Positions 1 to 12,798 of a DNA stretch of 64,000 nucleotides are shown piece after piece (the stretch's first letter is position 1; each line of letters starts with the position of its first letter). Under the pieces are notes generated by a model. It did not search any database and had not been told where the DNA came from. It saw only the letters and a program-made list of their open reading frames with translations. Made by a program: the position numbers and the translations under genes. Origin of the DNA: Eledone cirrhosa. Lineage: Eukaryota. The stretch covers positions 81,654,001 through 81,718,000 of the forward strand of contig OZ024740.1 in assembly GCA_964016885.1 (NCBI GenBank), written 5' to 3'.

Positions 1-3000
1 TCATATACCTCACGTCGGTGCAATAATAACTCAATTAAGTTTTTAGGACAATTAAAACGCGTAAAGCGAGTGAGACAGGAAAACAACAAAGAGTAGAGCT
101 AACCGTAGTGGAAGGAAACAAGCTTCATAGTTATTCTGTTAGCGTAAGCTAGGTGAATATATGAGCGCTTAGAAAAAAGACCTTTCGCGAACGAATGTAA
201 TGTAAGAAAGAGAGAAATTGCTTTCGTTACGAACGGGGTGAAGTGAGGAGAGGAGAAACAGTGAGTGAGTGAGTGGAAGTGTGAGGAAGAGTTAACTGAC
301 ACGACAGAGGGGGCGAAAGAAAGTAGGAGAAACAGAGAGAATGAGGGAGCAGTAAGAGAGAGAGAGAGAGAGAAAAAAACAGAATCGCAGTATAGGTAAA
401 TATATGTGATAAAATAGGGAGAAAAATACTGCTGGTAGCACATGGATAACATGTAATAAAATAAGTCCCTCATCAGTGATTTTCCGACGATCATAGATAT
501 TTCATTGCATTAAAATTCATATACCTTACGTCGGTGCAATAATAACTAAATTAAGTTATTAGGACAATTAAAACGCGTAGAGCGAGTGAGACAGGAAAAC
601 AACAAAGAGTAGAGCTAACCGTAGAGGAAGGAAACAAGCTTCATAGTTATTCTGTTAGCGTAAGCTAGGTGAATATATGAGCGCTTAGAAAAAAGACCTT
701 TCGCGAACGAATGTAATGTAAGAAAGAGAGAAATTGCTTTCGTTACGAACGGGGTGAAGTGAGGAGAGGAGAAACAGTGAGTGAGTGAGTGGAAGTGTGA
801 GGAAGAGTTAACTGACACGACAGAGGGGGCGAAAGAAAGTAGGAGAAACAGAGAGAATGAGGGAGCAGTAAGAGAGAGAGAGAGAAAAAAAAACAGAATC
901 GCAGTATAGGTAAATATATGTGATAAAATGGGGAGAAAAATACTGCTGGTAGCACATGGATAACATGTAATAAAATAAGTCCCTCATCAGTGATTTGCCG
1001 ACGATTATAGATATTTCATTGCATTAAAAATCATATACCTCACGTCGGTGCAATAATAACTAAATTAAGTTTTTAGGACAATTAAAACGCGTAAAGCGAG
1101 TGAGACAGGAAAACAACAAAGAGTAGAGCTAACCGTAGAGGAAGGAAACAAGCTTCATAGTTATTCTGTTAGCGTAAGCTAGGTGAATATATGAGCGCTT
1201 AGAAAAAAGACCTTTCGCGAACGAATGTAATGTAAGAAAGAGAGAAATTGCTTTCGTTACGAACGGGGTGAAGTGAGGAGAGGAGAAACAGTGAGTGAGT
1301 GAGTGGAAGTGTGAGGAAGAGTTAACTGACACGACAGAGGGGGCGAAAGAAAGTAGGAGAAACAGAGAGAATGAGGGAGCAGTAAGAGAGAGAGAGAGAA
1401 AAAAAACAGAATCGCAGTATAGGTAAATATATGTGATAAAATGGGGAGAAAAATACTGCTGGTAGCACATGGATAACATGTAATAAAATAAGTCCCTCAT
1501 CAGTGATTTGCCGACGTTCATAGATAATTCATTGCATTAAAATTCATATACCTCACGTCGGTGCAATAATAAATAAATTAAGTTATTAGGACAATTAAAA
1601 CGCGTAAAGCGAGTGTGACAGGAAAACAACAAAGAGTAGAGCTAACCGTGGAGGAAGGAAACAAGCTTCATAGTTATTCTGTTAGCGTAAGCTAGGTGAA
1701 TATATGAGCGCTTAGAAAAAAGACCTTTCGCGAACGAATGCAATGTAAGAAAGATAGAAATTGCTTTCGTTACGAACGGGGTGAAGTGAGGAGAGGAGAA
1801 ACAGTGAGTGAGTGAGTGGAAGTGTGAGGAAGAGTTAACTGACACGACAGAGGGGGCGAAAGAAAGTAGGAGAAACAGAGAGAATGAGGGAGCAGTAAGA
1901 GAGAGAGAGAGAAAAAAAACAGAATCGCAGTATAGGTAAATATATGTGATAAAATGGGGAGAAAAATACTGCTGGTAGCACATGGATAACATGTAATAAA
2001 ATAAGTCCCTCATCAGTGATTTGCCGACGATTATAGATATTTCATTGCATTAAAAATCATATACCTCACGTCGGTGCAATAATAACTAAATTAAGTTATT
2101 AGGACAATTAAAACGCGTAAAGCGAGTGAGACAGGAAAACAACAAAGAGTAGAGCTAACCGTAGAGGAAGGAAACAAGCTTCATAGTTATTCTGTTAGCG
2201 TAAGCTAGGTGAATATATGGGCGCTCAGAAAAAAGACCTTTCGCGCACGAATGTAATGTAAGAAAGAGAGAAATTGCTTTAGTTACGAACGGGGTGAAGT
2301 GAGGAGAGGAGAAACAGTGAGTGAGTGAGTGGAAGTGTGAGGAAGAGTTAACTGACACGACAGAGGGGGCGAAAGAAAGTAGGAGAAACAGAGAGAATGA
2401 GGGAGCAGTAAGAGAGAGAGAGAGAGAAAAAAAAACAGAATCGCAGTATAGGTAAATATATGTGATAAAATGGGGAGAAAAATACTGCTGGTAGCACATG
2501 GATAACATGTAATAAAATAAGTCCCTCATCAATGATTTGCCGACGATCATAGATATTTCATTGCATTAAAAATCATATACCTCACGTCGGTGCAATAATA
2601 ACTAAATTAAGTTATTAGGACAATTAAAACGCGTATAGCGAGTGAGACAGGAAAACAACAAAGAGTAGAGCTAACCGTAGAGGAAGGAAACAAGCTTCAT
2701 AGTTATTCTGTTAGCGTAAGCTAGGTGAATATATGAGCGCTTAGAAAAAAGACCTTTCGCGAACGAATGAAATGTAAGAAAGAGAGAAATTGCTTTCGTT
2801 ACGAACGGGGTGAAGTGAGGAGAGGAGAAACAGTGAGTGAGTGAGTGGAAGTGTGAGGAAGAGTTAACTGACACGACAGAGGGGGCGAAAGAAAGTAGGA
2901 GAAACAGAGAGAATGAGCAAGCAGTGAGAGAGAGAGAGAGAGAGAGAAAAAAAACAGAATCGAAGTATAGGTAAATATAAGTGATAAAATGGGGAGAAAA

Positions 3001-5491
3001 ATACTGCTGGTAGAACATGGATAACATGTAATAAAATAAGTCCCTCATCAGTGATTTGCCGACGATCATAGATATTTCATTGCATTAAAAATCATATACC
3101 TCACGTCGGTGCAATAATAACTAAATTAAGTTATTAGGACAATTAAAACGCGTATAGCGAGTGAGACAGGAAAACAACAAAGAGTAGAGCTAACCGTAGA
3201 GGAAGGAAACAAGCTTCATAGTTATTCTGTTAGCGTAAGCTAGGTGAATATATGAGCGCTTAGAAAAAAGACCTTTCGCGAACGAATGTAATGTAAGAAA
3301 GAGAGAAATTGCTTTCGTTACGAACGGGGTGAAGTGAGGAGAGGAGAAACAGTGAGTGAGTGAGTGGAAGTGTGAGGAAGAGTTAACTGACACGACAGAG
3401 GGGGCGAAAGAAAGTAGGAGAAACAGAGAGAATGAGGGAGCAGTAAGAGAGAGAGAGAGAAAAAAAAACAGAATCGCAGTATAGGTAAATATATGTGATA
3501 AAATGGGGAGAAAAATACTGCTGGTAGCACATGGATAACATGTAATAAAATAAGTCCCTCATCAGTGATTTGCCGACGATTATAGATATTTCATTGCATT
3601 AAAAATCATATACCTCACGTCGGTGCAATAATAACTAAATTAAGTTATTAGGACAATTAAAACGCGTAAAGCGAGTGAGACAGGAAAACAACAAAGATTA
3701 GAGCTAATCGTAGACGAAGGAAACAAGCTTCATAGTTATTCTGTTAGCGTAAGCTAGGTGAATATATGAGCGCTTAGAAAATAGACCTTTCGCGAACGAA
3801 TGTAATGTAAGAAAGAGAGAAATTGCTTTCGTTACGAACGGGGTGAAGTGAGGAGAGGAGAAACAGTGAGTGAGTGAGTGGAAGTGTGAGGAAGAGTTAA
3901 CTGACACGACAGAGGGGGCGAAAGAAAGTAGGAGAAACAGAGAGAATGAGGGAGCAGTAAGAGAGAGAGAGAGAAAAAAAACAGAATCGCAGTATAGGTA
4001 AATATAAGTGATAAAATGGGGAGAAAAATACTGCTGGTAGAACATGGATAACATGTAATAAAATAAGTCCCTCATCAGTGATTTGCCGACGATCATAGAT
4101 ATTTCATTGCATTAAAAATCATATACCTCACGTCCGTGCAATAATAACTAAATTAAGTTATTAGGACAATTAAAACGCGTAAAGCGAGAGAGACAGTAAA
4201 ACAACAAAGAGTAGAGCTAACCGTAGAGGAAGGAAACAAGCTTCATAGTTATTCTGTTAGCGTAAGCTAGGTGAATATATGAGCGCTTAGAAAAAAGACC
4301 TTTCGCGAACGAATGCAATGTAAGAAAGAGAGAAATTGCTTTCGTTACGAACGGGGTGAAGTGAGGAGAGGAGAAACAGTGAGTGAGTGAGTGGAAGTGT
4401 GGGGAAGAGTTAACTGACACGACAGAGGGGGCGAAAGAAAGTAGGAGAAACAGAGAGAATGAGGAAGCAGTGAGAGAGAGAGAGAAAAAAAACAGAATCG
4501 CAGTCTAGGTAAATATATGTGATAAAATGGGGAGAAAAATACTGCTGGTAGCACATGGATAACATGTAATAAAATAAGTCCCTCATCAGTGATTTGCCGA
4601 CGATCATAGATAATTCATTGCATTAAAATTCATATACCTCACGTCGGTGCAATAATAACTAAATTAAGTTATTAGGACAATTAAAACGCGTAAAGCGAGT
4701 GTGACAGGAAAACAACAAAGAGTAGAGCTAACCGTGGAGGAAGGAAACAAGCTTCATAGTTATTCTGTTAGCGTAAGCTAGGTGAATATATGAGCGCTTA
4801 GAAAAAAGACCTTTCGCGAACGAATGCAATGTAAGAAAGAAAGAAATTGCTTTCGTTACGAACGGGGTGAAGTGAGGAGAGGAGAAACAGTGAGTGAGTG
4901 AGTGGAAGTGTGAGGAAGAGTTAACTGACACGACAGAGGGGGCGAAAGAAATTAGGAGAAACAGAGAGAATGAGGGAGCAGTAAGAGAGAGAGAGAGAAA
5001 AAAAACAGAATCGCTGTATAGGTAAATATATGTGATACAATGGGGAGAAAAATACTGCTGGTAGAACATGGATAACATGTAATAAAATAAGTCCCTCATC
5101 AGTGATTTGCCGACGATCATAGATATTTCATTGCATTAAAATTCATATACCTCACGTCGGTGCAATAATAACTAAATTAAGTTATTAGGACAATTAAAAC
5201 GCGTAAAGCGAGTGAGACAGGAAAACAACAAGGAGTAGAGCTAACCGTAGAGGAAGGAAACAAGCTTCATAGTTATTCTGTTAGCGTAAGCTAGGTGAAT
5301 ATATGAGCGCTTAGAAAAAAGACCTTTCGCGAACGAATGCAATGTAAGAAAGAAAGAAATTGCTTTCGTTACGAACGGGGTGAAGTGAGGAGAGGAGAAA
5401 CAGTGAGTGAGTGAGTGGAAGTGTGGGGAAGAGTTAACTGACACGACAGAGGGGGCGAAAGAAAGTAGGAGAAACAGAGAGAATGAGGAAG

Positions 5492-5527
<36 letters not shown>

Positions 5528-7558
5528 ACAGAATCGCAGTATAGGTAAATATATGTGATAAAATGGGGAGAAAAATACTGCTGGTAGCACATGGATAACA
5601 TGTAATAAAATAAGTCCCTCATCAGTAATTTGCCGACGATCATAGATATTTCATTGCATTAAAAATCATATACCTCACGTCCGTGCAATAATAACTAAAT
5701 TAAGTTATTAGGACAATTAAAACGCGTAAAGCGAGTGAGACAGTAAAACAACAAAGAGTAGAGCTAACCGTAGAGGAAGGAAACAAGCTTCATAGTTATT
5801 CTGTTAGCGTAAGCTAGGTGAATATATGAGCGCTTAGAAAAAAGACCTTTCGCGAACGAATGTAATGTAAGAAAGAGAGAAATTGCTTTCGTTACGAACG
5901 GGGTGAAGTGAGGAGAGGAGAAACAGTGAGTGAGTGAGTGGAAGTGTGAGGAAGCGTTAACTGACACGACAGAGGGGGCGAAAGAAAGTAGGAGAAACAG
6001 AGAGAATGAGGGAGCAGTAAGAGAGAGAGAGAGAAAAAAAAACAGAATCGCAGTATAGGGAAATATATGTGATAAAATGGGGAGAAAAATACTGCTGGTA
6101 GCACATGGATAACATGTAATAAAATAAGTCCCTCATCAGTGATTTGCCGAGGATCATAGATATTTCATTGCATTAAAAATCATATACCTCACGTCGGTGC
6201 AATAATAACTAAATTAAGTTATTAGGACAATTAAAACGCGTATAGCGAGTGACACAGGAAAACAACAAAGAGTAGAGCTAACCGTAGAGGAAGGAAACAA
6301 GCTTCATAGTTATTCTGTTAGCGTAAGCTAGGTGAATATATGAGCGCTTAGAAAAAAAAACTTTCGCGAACGAATGCAATGTAAGAAAGAGAGAAATTGC
6401 TTTCGTTACGAACGGGGTGAAGTGAGGAGAGGAGAAACAGTGAGTGAGTGAGTGGAAGTGTGAGGAAGAGTTAACTGACACGACAGAGGGGGCGAAAGAA
6501 AGTAGGAGAAACAGAGATTATATGAGGGAGCAGTAAGAGAGAGAGAGAGAAAAAAACAGAATCGCAGTATAGGTAAATATATGTGATAAAATGGGGAGAA
6601 AAATACTGCTGGTAGCACATGGATAACATGTAATAAAATAAGTCCCTCATCAGTGATTTGCCGACGATCATAGATAATTCATCGCATTAAAATTCATATA
6701 CCTCACGTCGGTGCAATAATAACTAAATTAAGTTATTAGGACAATTAAAACGCGTAAAGCGAGTGTGACAGGAAAACAACAAAGATTGGAGCTAACCGTG
6801 GAGGAAGGAAACAAGCTTCATAGTTATTCTGTTAGCGTAAGCTAGGTGAATATATGAGCGCTTAGAAAAAAGACCTTTCGCGAACGAATGCAATGTAAGA
6901 AAGACAGAAATTGCTTTCGTTACGAACGGGGTGAAGTGAGGAGAGGAGAAACAGTGAGTGAGTGAGTGGAAGTGTGAGGAAGAGTTAACTGACACGACAG
7001 AGGGGGCGAAAGAAAGTAGGAGAAACAGAGAGAATGAGGGAGCAGTAAGAGAGAGAGAGAGAGAAAAAAAAACAGAATCGCAGTATAGGTAAATATATGT
7101 GATAAAATGGGGAGAAAAATACTGCTGGTAGAACATGGATAACATGTAATAAAATAAGTCCCTCATCAGTGATTTGCCGACGATCATAGATATTTCATTG
7201 CATTAAAATTCATATACCTCACGTCGGTGCAATAATAACTAAATTAAGTTATTAGGACAATTAAAACGCGTAAAGCGAGTGAGACAGGAAAACAACAAGG
7301 AGTAGAGCTAACCGTAGAGGAAGGAAACAAGCTTCATAGTTATTCTGTTAGCGTAAGCTAGGTGAATATATGAGCGCTTAGAAAAAAGACCTTTCGCGAA
7401 CGAATGCAATGTAAGAAAGAGAGAAATTGCTTTCGTTACGAACGGGGTGAAGTGAGGAGAGGAGAAATAGTGAGTGAGTGAGTGGAAGTGTGGGGAAGAG
7501 TTAACTGACACGACAGAGGGGGCGAAAGAAAGTAGGAGAAACAGAGAGAATGAGGAAG

Positions 7559-7602
<44 letters not shown>

Positions 7603-8610
7603 AAAACAGAATCGCAGTATAGGTAAATATATGTGATAAAATGGGGAGAAAAATACTGCTGGTAGCACATGGATAACATGTAATAAAATAAGTCCCTCAT
7701 CAGTGATTTGCCGACGATCATAGATATTTCATTGCATTAAAAATCATATACCTCACGTCGGTGCAATAATAACTAAATTAAGTTATTAGGACAATTAAAA
7801 CGCGTAAAGCGAGTGAGACAGGAAAACAACAAAGAGTAGAGCTAACCGTAGAGGAAGGAAACAAGCTTCATAGTTATTCTTTTAGCGTAAGCTAGGTGAA
7901 TATATGAGCGCTTAGAAAAAAGACCTTTCGCGAACGAATGCAATGTAAGAAAGAGAGAAATTGCTTTCGTTACGAACGGGGTGAAGTGAGGAGAGGAGAA
8001 ACAGTGAGTGAGTGAGTGGAAGTGTGAGGAAGGGTTAACTGACACGACAGAGGGGGCGAAAGAAAGTAGGAGAATCAGAGAGAATGAGGGAGCAGTAAGA
8101 GAGAGAGAGAGAGAGAGAAAAAAAAACAGAATCGCAGTATAGGTAAATATATGTGATAAAATAGGGAGAAAAATACTGCTGGTAGCACATGGATAACATG
8201 TAATAAAATAAGTCCCTCATCAGTGATTTGACACGATCATAGATATTTCATTGCATTAAAATTCATATACCTCACGTCGGTGCAATAATAACTAAATTAA
8301 GTTATTAGGACAATTAAAACGCGTAAAGCGAGTGAGACAGGAAAACAACAAAGAGTAGAGCTAACCGTAGAGGAAGGAAACAAGCTTCATAGTTATTCTG
8401 TTAGCGTAAGCTAGGTGAATATATGAGCGCTTAGAAAAAAGATCTTTCGCGACGAATGCAATGTAAGAAAGAGAGAAATTGCTTTCGTTACGAACGGGGT
8501 GAAGTGAGGAGAGGAGAAACAGTGAGGTAGTGAGTGGAAGTGTGAGGAAGAGTTAACTGACACGACAGAGGGGGCGAAAGAAAGTAGGAGAAACAGAGAG
8601 AATGAGGAAG

Positions 8611-8658
<48 letters not shown>

Positions 8659-11204
8659 AAAACAGAATCGCAGTATAGGTAAATATATGTGATAAAATGG
8701 GGAGAAAAATACTGCTGGTAGCACATGGATAACATGTAATAAAATAAGTCCCTCATCAGTGATTTGCCGACGATCATAGATATTTCATTGCATTAAAAAT
8801 CATATACCTCACGTCGGTGCAATAATAACTAAATTAAGTTATTAGGACAATTAAAACGCGTAAAGCGAGTGAGACAGGAAAACAACAAGGAGTAGAGCTA
8901 ACCGTAGAGGAAGGAAACAAGCTTCATAGTTATTCAGTTAGCGTAAGCTAGGTGAATATATGAGCGCTTAGAAAAAAGACCTTTCGCGAACGAATGCAAT
9001 GTAAGAAAGAAAGAAATTGCTTTCGTTACGAACGGGGTGAAGTGAGGAGAGGAGAAACAGTGAGTGAGTGAGTGGAAGTGTGGGGAAGAGTTAACTGACA
9101 CGACAGAGGGGGCGAAAGAAAGTAGGAGAAACAGAGAGAATGAGGAAGCAGTGAGAGAGAGAGAGAGAGAGAGAAAAAAAAAACAGAATCGCAGTATAGG
9201 TAAATATATGTGATAAAATGGGGAGAAAAATACTGCTGGTAGCACATGGATAACATGTAATAAAATAAGTCCCTCATCAGTGATTTGCCGACGATCATAG
9301 ATATTTCACTGCATTAAAAATAATATACCTCACGTCGGTGCAATAATAACTAAATTAAGTTATTAGGACAATTAAAACGCGTATAGCGAGTGAGACAGGA
9401 AAACAACAAAGAGTAGAGCTAACCGTAGAGGAAGGAAACAAGCTTCATAGTTATTCTGTTAGCGTAAGCTAGGTGAATATATGAGCGCTTAGAAAAAAGA
9501 CCTTTCGCGAACGAATGCAATGGAAGAAAGAGAGAAATTGCTTTAGTTACGAACGGGGTGAAGTGAGGAGAGGAGAAACAGTGAGTGAGTGAGTGGAAGT
9601 GTGAGGAAGAGTTAACTGACACGACAGAGTGGGCGAAAGAAAGTAGGAGAATCAGAGAGAATGAGGGAGCAGTAAGAGAGAGAGAAAAAAAACAGAATCG
9701 CAGTATAGGTAAATATAAGTGATAAAATGGGGAGAAAAATACTGCTGGTAGAACATGGATAACATGTAATAAAATAAGTCCCTCATCAGTGATTTGCCGA
9801 CGATCATAGATAATTCATTGCATTAAAATTCATATACCTCACGTCGGTGCAATAATAACTAAATTAAGTTATTAGGACAATTAAAACACGTAAAGCGAGT
9901 GAGACAGGAAAACAACAAAGAGTAGAGCTAACCGTAGAGGAAGGAAACAAGCTTCATAGTTATTCTGTTAGCGTAAGCTAGGTGAATATATGAGCGCTTA
10001 GAAAAAAGATCTTTCGCGAACGAATGCAATGTAAGAAAGAGAGAAATTGCTTTCGTTACGAACGGGGTGAAGTGAGGAGAGGAGAAACAGTGAGGTAGTG
10101 AGTGGAAGTGTGAGGAAGAGTTAACTGACACGACAGAGGGGGCGAAAGAAAGTAGGAGAAACAGAGAGAATGAGCAAGCAGTGAGAGAGAGAGAGAGAAA
10201 AAAAAACAGAATCGCAGTAAAGGTAAATATAAGTGATAAAATGGGGAGAAAAATACTGCTGGTAGAACATAGATAACATGTAATAAAATAAGTCCCTCAT
10301 CAGTAATTTGCCGACGATCATAGATATTTCATTGCATTAAAAATCATATACCTCACGTCCGTGCAATAATAACTAAATTAAGTTATTAGGACAATTAAAA
10401 CGCGTAAAGCGAGTGAGACAGTAAAACAACAAAGAGTAGAGCTAACCGTAGAGGAAGGAAACAAGCTTCATAGTTATTCTGTTAGCGTAAGCTAGGTGAA
10501 TATATGAGCGCTTAGAAAAAAAAACTTTCGCGAACGAATGCAATGTAAGAAAGAGAGAAATTGCTTTCGTTACGAACGGGGTGAAGTGAGGAGAGGAGAA
10601 ACAGTGAGTGAGTGAGTGGAAGTGTGAGGAAGAGTTAACTGACACGACAGAGGGGGCGAAAGAAAGTAGGAGAAACAGAGAGAATGAGGGAGCAGTAAGA
10701 GAGAGAGAGAGAAAAAAACAGAATCGCAGTATAGGTAAATATATGTGATAAAATGGGGAGAAAAATACTGCTGGTAGCACATGGATAACATGTAATAAAA
10801 TAAGTCCCTCATCAGTGATTTGCCGACGATCATAGATAATTCATCGCATTAAAATTCATATACCTCACGTCGGTGCAATAATAACTAAATTAAGTTATTA
10901 GGACAATTAAAACGCGTAAAGCGAGTGTGACAGGAAAACAACAAAGAGTAGAGCTAACCGTGGAGGAAGGAAACAAGCTTCATAGTTATTCTGTTAGCGT
11001 AAGCTAGGTGAATATATGAGCGCTTAGAAAAAAGACCTTTCGCGAACGAATGCAATGTAAGAAAGAGAGAAATTGCTTTCGTTACGAACGGGGTGAAGTG
11101 AGGAGAGGAGAAACAGTGAGTGAGTGAGTGGAAGTGTGGGGAAGAGTTAACTGACACGACAGAGGGGGCGAAAGAAAGTAGGAGAAACAGAGAGAATGAG
11201 GAAG

Positions 11205-11242
<38 letters not shown>

Positions 11243-12758
11243 AAAACAGAATCGCAGTATAGGTAAATATATGTGATAAAATGGGGAGAAAAATACTGCT
11301 GGTAGCACATGGATAACATGTAATAAAATAAGTCCCTCATCAGTGATTTGCCGACGATCATAGATATTTCATTGCATTAAAAATCATATACCTCACGTCG
11401 GTGCAATAATAACTAAATTAAGTTATTAGGACAATTAAAACGCGTAAAGCGAGTGAGACAGGAAAACAACAAAGAGTAGAGCTAACCGTAGAGGAAGGAA
11501 ACAAGCTTCATAGTTATTCTGTTAGCGTAAGCTAGGTGAATATATGAGCGCTTAGAAAAAAGACCTTTCGCGAACGAATGTAATGTAAGAAAGAGAGAAA
11601 TTGCTTTCGTTACGAACGGGGTGAAGTGAGGAGAGGAGAAACAGTGAGTGAGTGAGTGGAAGTGTGAGGAAGAGTTAACTGACACGACAGAGGGGGCGAA
11701 AGAAAGTAGGAGAAACAGAGAGAATGAGGGAGCAGTAAGAGAGAGAGAGAGAAAAAAAAACAGAATCGCAGTATAGGGAAATATATGTAATAAAATGGGG
11801 AGAAAAATACTGCTGGTAGCACATGGATAACATGTAATAAAATAAGTCCCTCATCAGTGATTTGCCGAGGATCATAGATATTTCATTGCATTAAAAATCA
11901 TATACTTCACGTCGGTGCAATTATAACTAAATTAAGTTATTAGAACAATTAAAACGCGTATAGCGAGTGACACAGGAAAACAACAAAGAGTAGAGCTAAC
12001 CGTAGAGGAAGGAAACAAGCTTCATAGTTATTCTGTTAGCGTAAGCTAGGTGAATATATGAGCGCTTAGAAAAAAAAACTTTCGCGAACGAATGCAATGT
12101 AAGAAAGAGAGAAATTGCTTTCGTTACGAACGGGGTGAAGTGAGGAGAGGAGAAACAGTGAGTGAGTGAGTGGAAGTGTGAGGAAGAGTTAACTGACACG
12201 ACAGAGGGGGCGAAAGAAAGTAGGAGAAACAGAGAGAATGAGGGAGCAGTAAGAGAGAGAGAGAGAAAAAAACAGAATCGCAGTATAGGTAAATATATGT
12301 GATAAAATGGGGAGAAAAATACTGCTGGTAGCACATGGATAACATGTAATAAAATAAGTCCCTCATCAGTGATTTGCCGACGATCATAGATAATTCATCG
12401 CATTAAAATTCATATACCTCACGTCGGTGCAATAATAACTAAATTAAGTTATTAGGACAATTAAAACGCGTAAAGCGAGTGTGACAGGAAAACAACAAAG
12501 AGTAGAGCTAACCGTGGAGGAAGGAAACAAGCTTCATAGTTATTCTGTTAGCGTAAGCTAGGTGAATATATGAGCGCTTAGAAAAAAGACCTTTCGCGAA
12601 CGAATGCAATGTAAGAAAGAGAGAAATTGCTTTCGTTACGAACGGGGTGAAGTGAGGTGAGGAGAAACAGTGAGTGAGTGAGTGGAAGTGTGGGGAAGAG
12701 TTAACTGACACGACAGAGGGGGCGAAAGAAAGTAGGAGAAACAGAGAGAATGAGGAAG

Positions 12759-12798
<40 letters not shown>

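Noticed and set aside
400-516. Complete hammerhead ribozyme in satellite A
   Set aside because: CUGAUGA-GGGAC is present, but no complementary GUCC followed by GAAA exists. It is reported only as a half motif.
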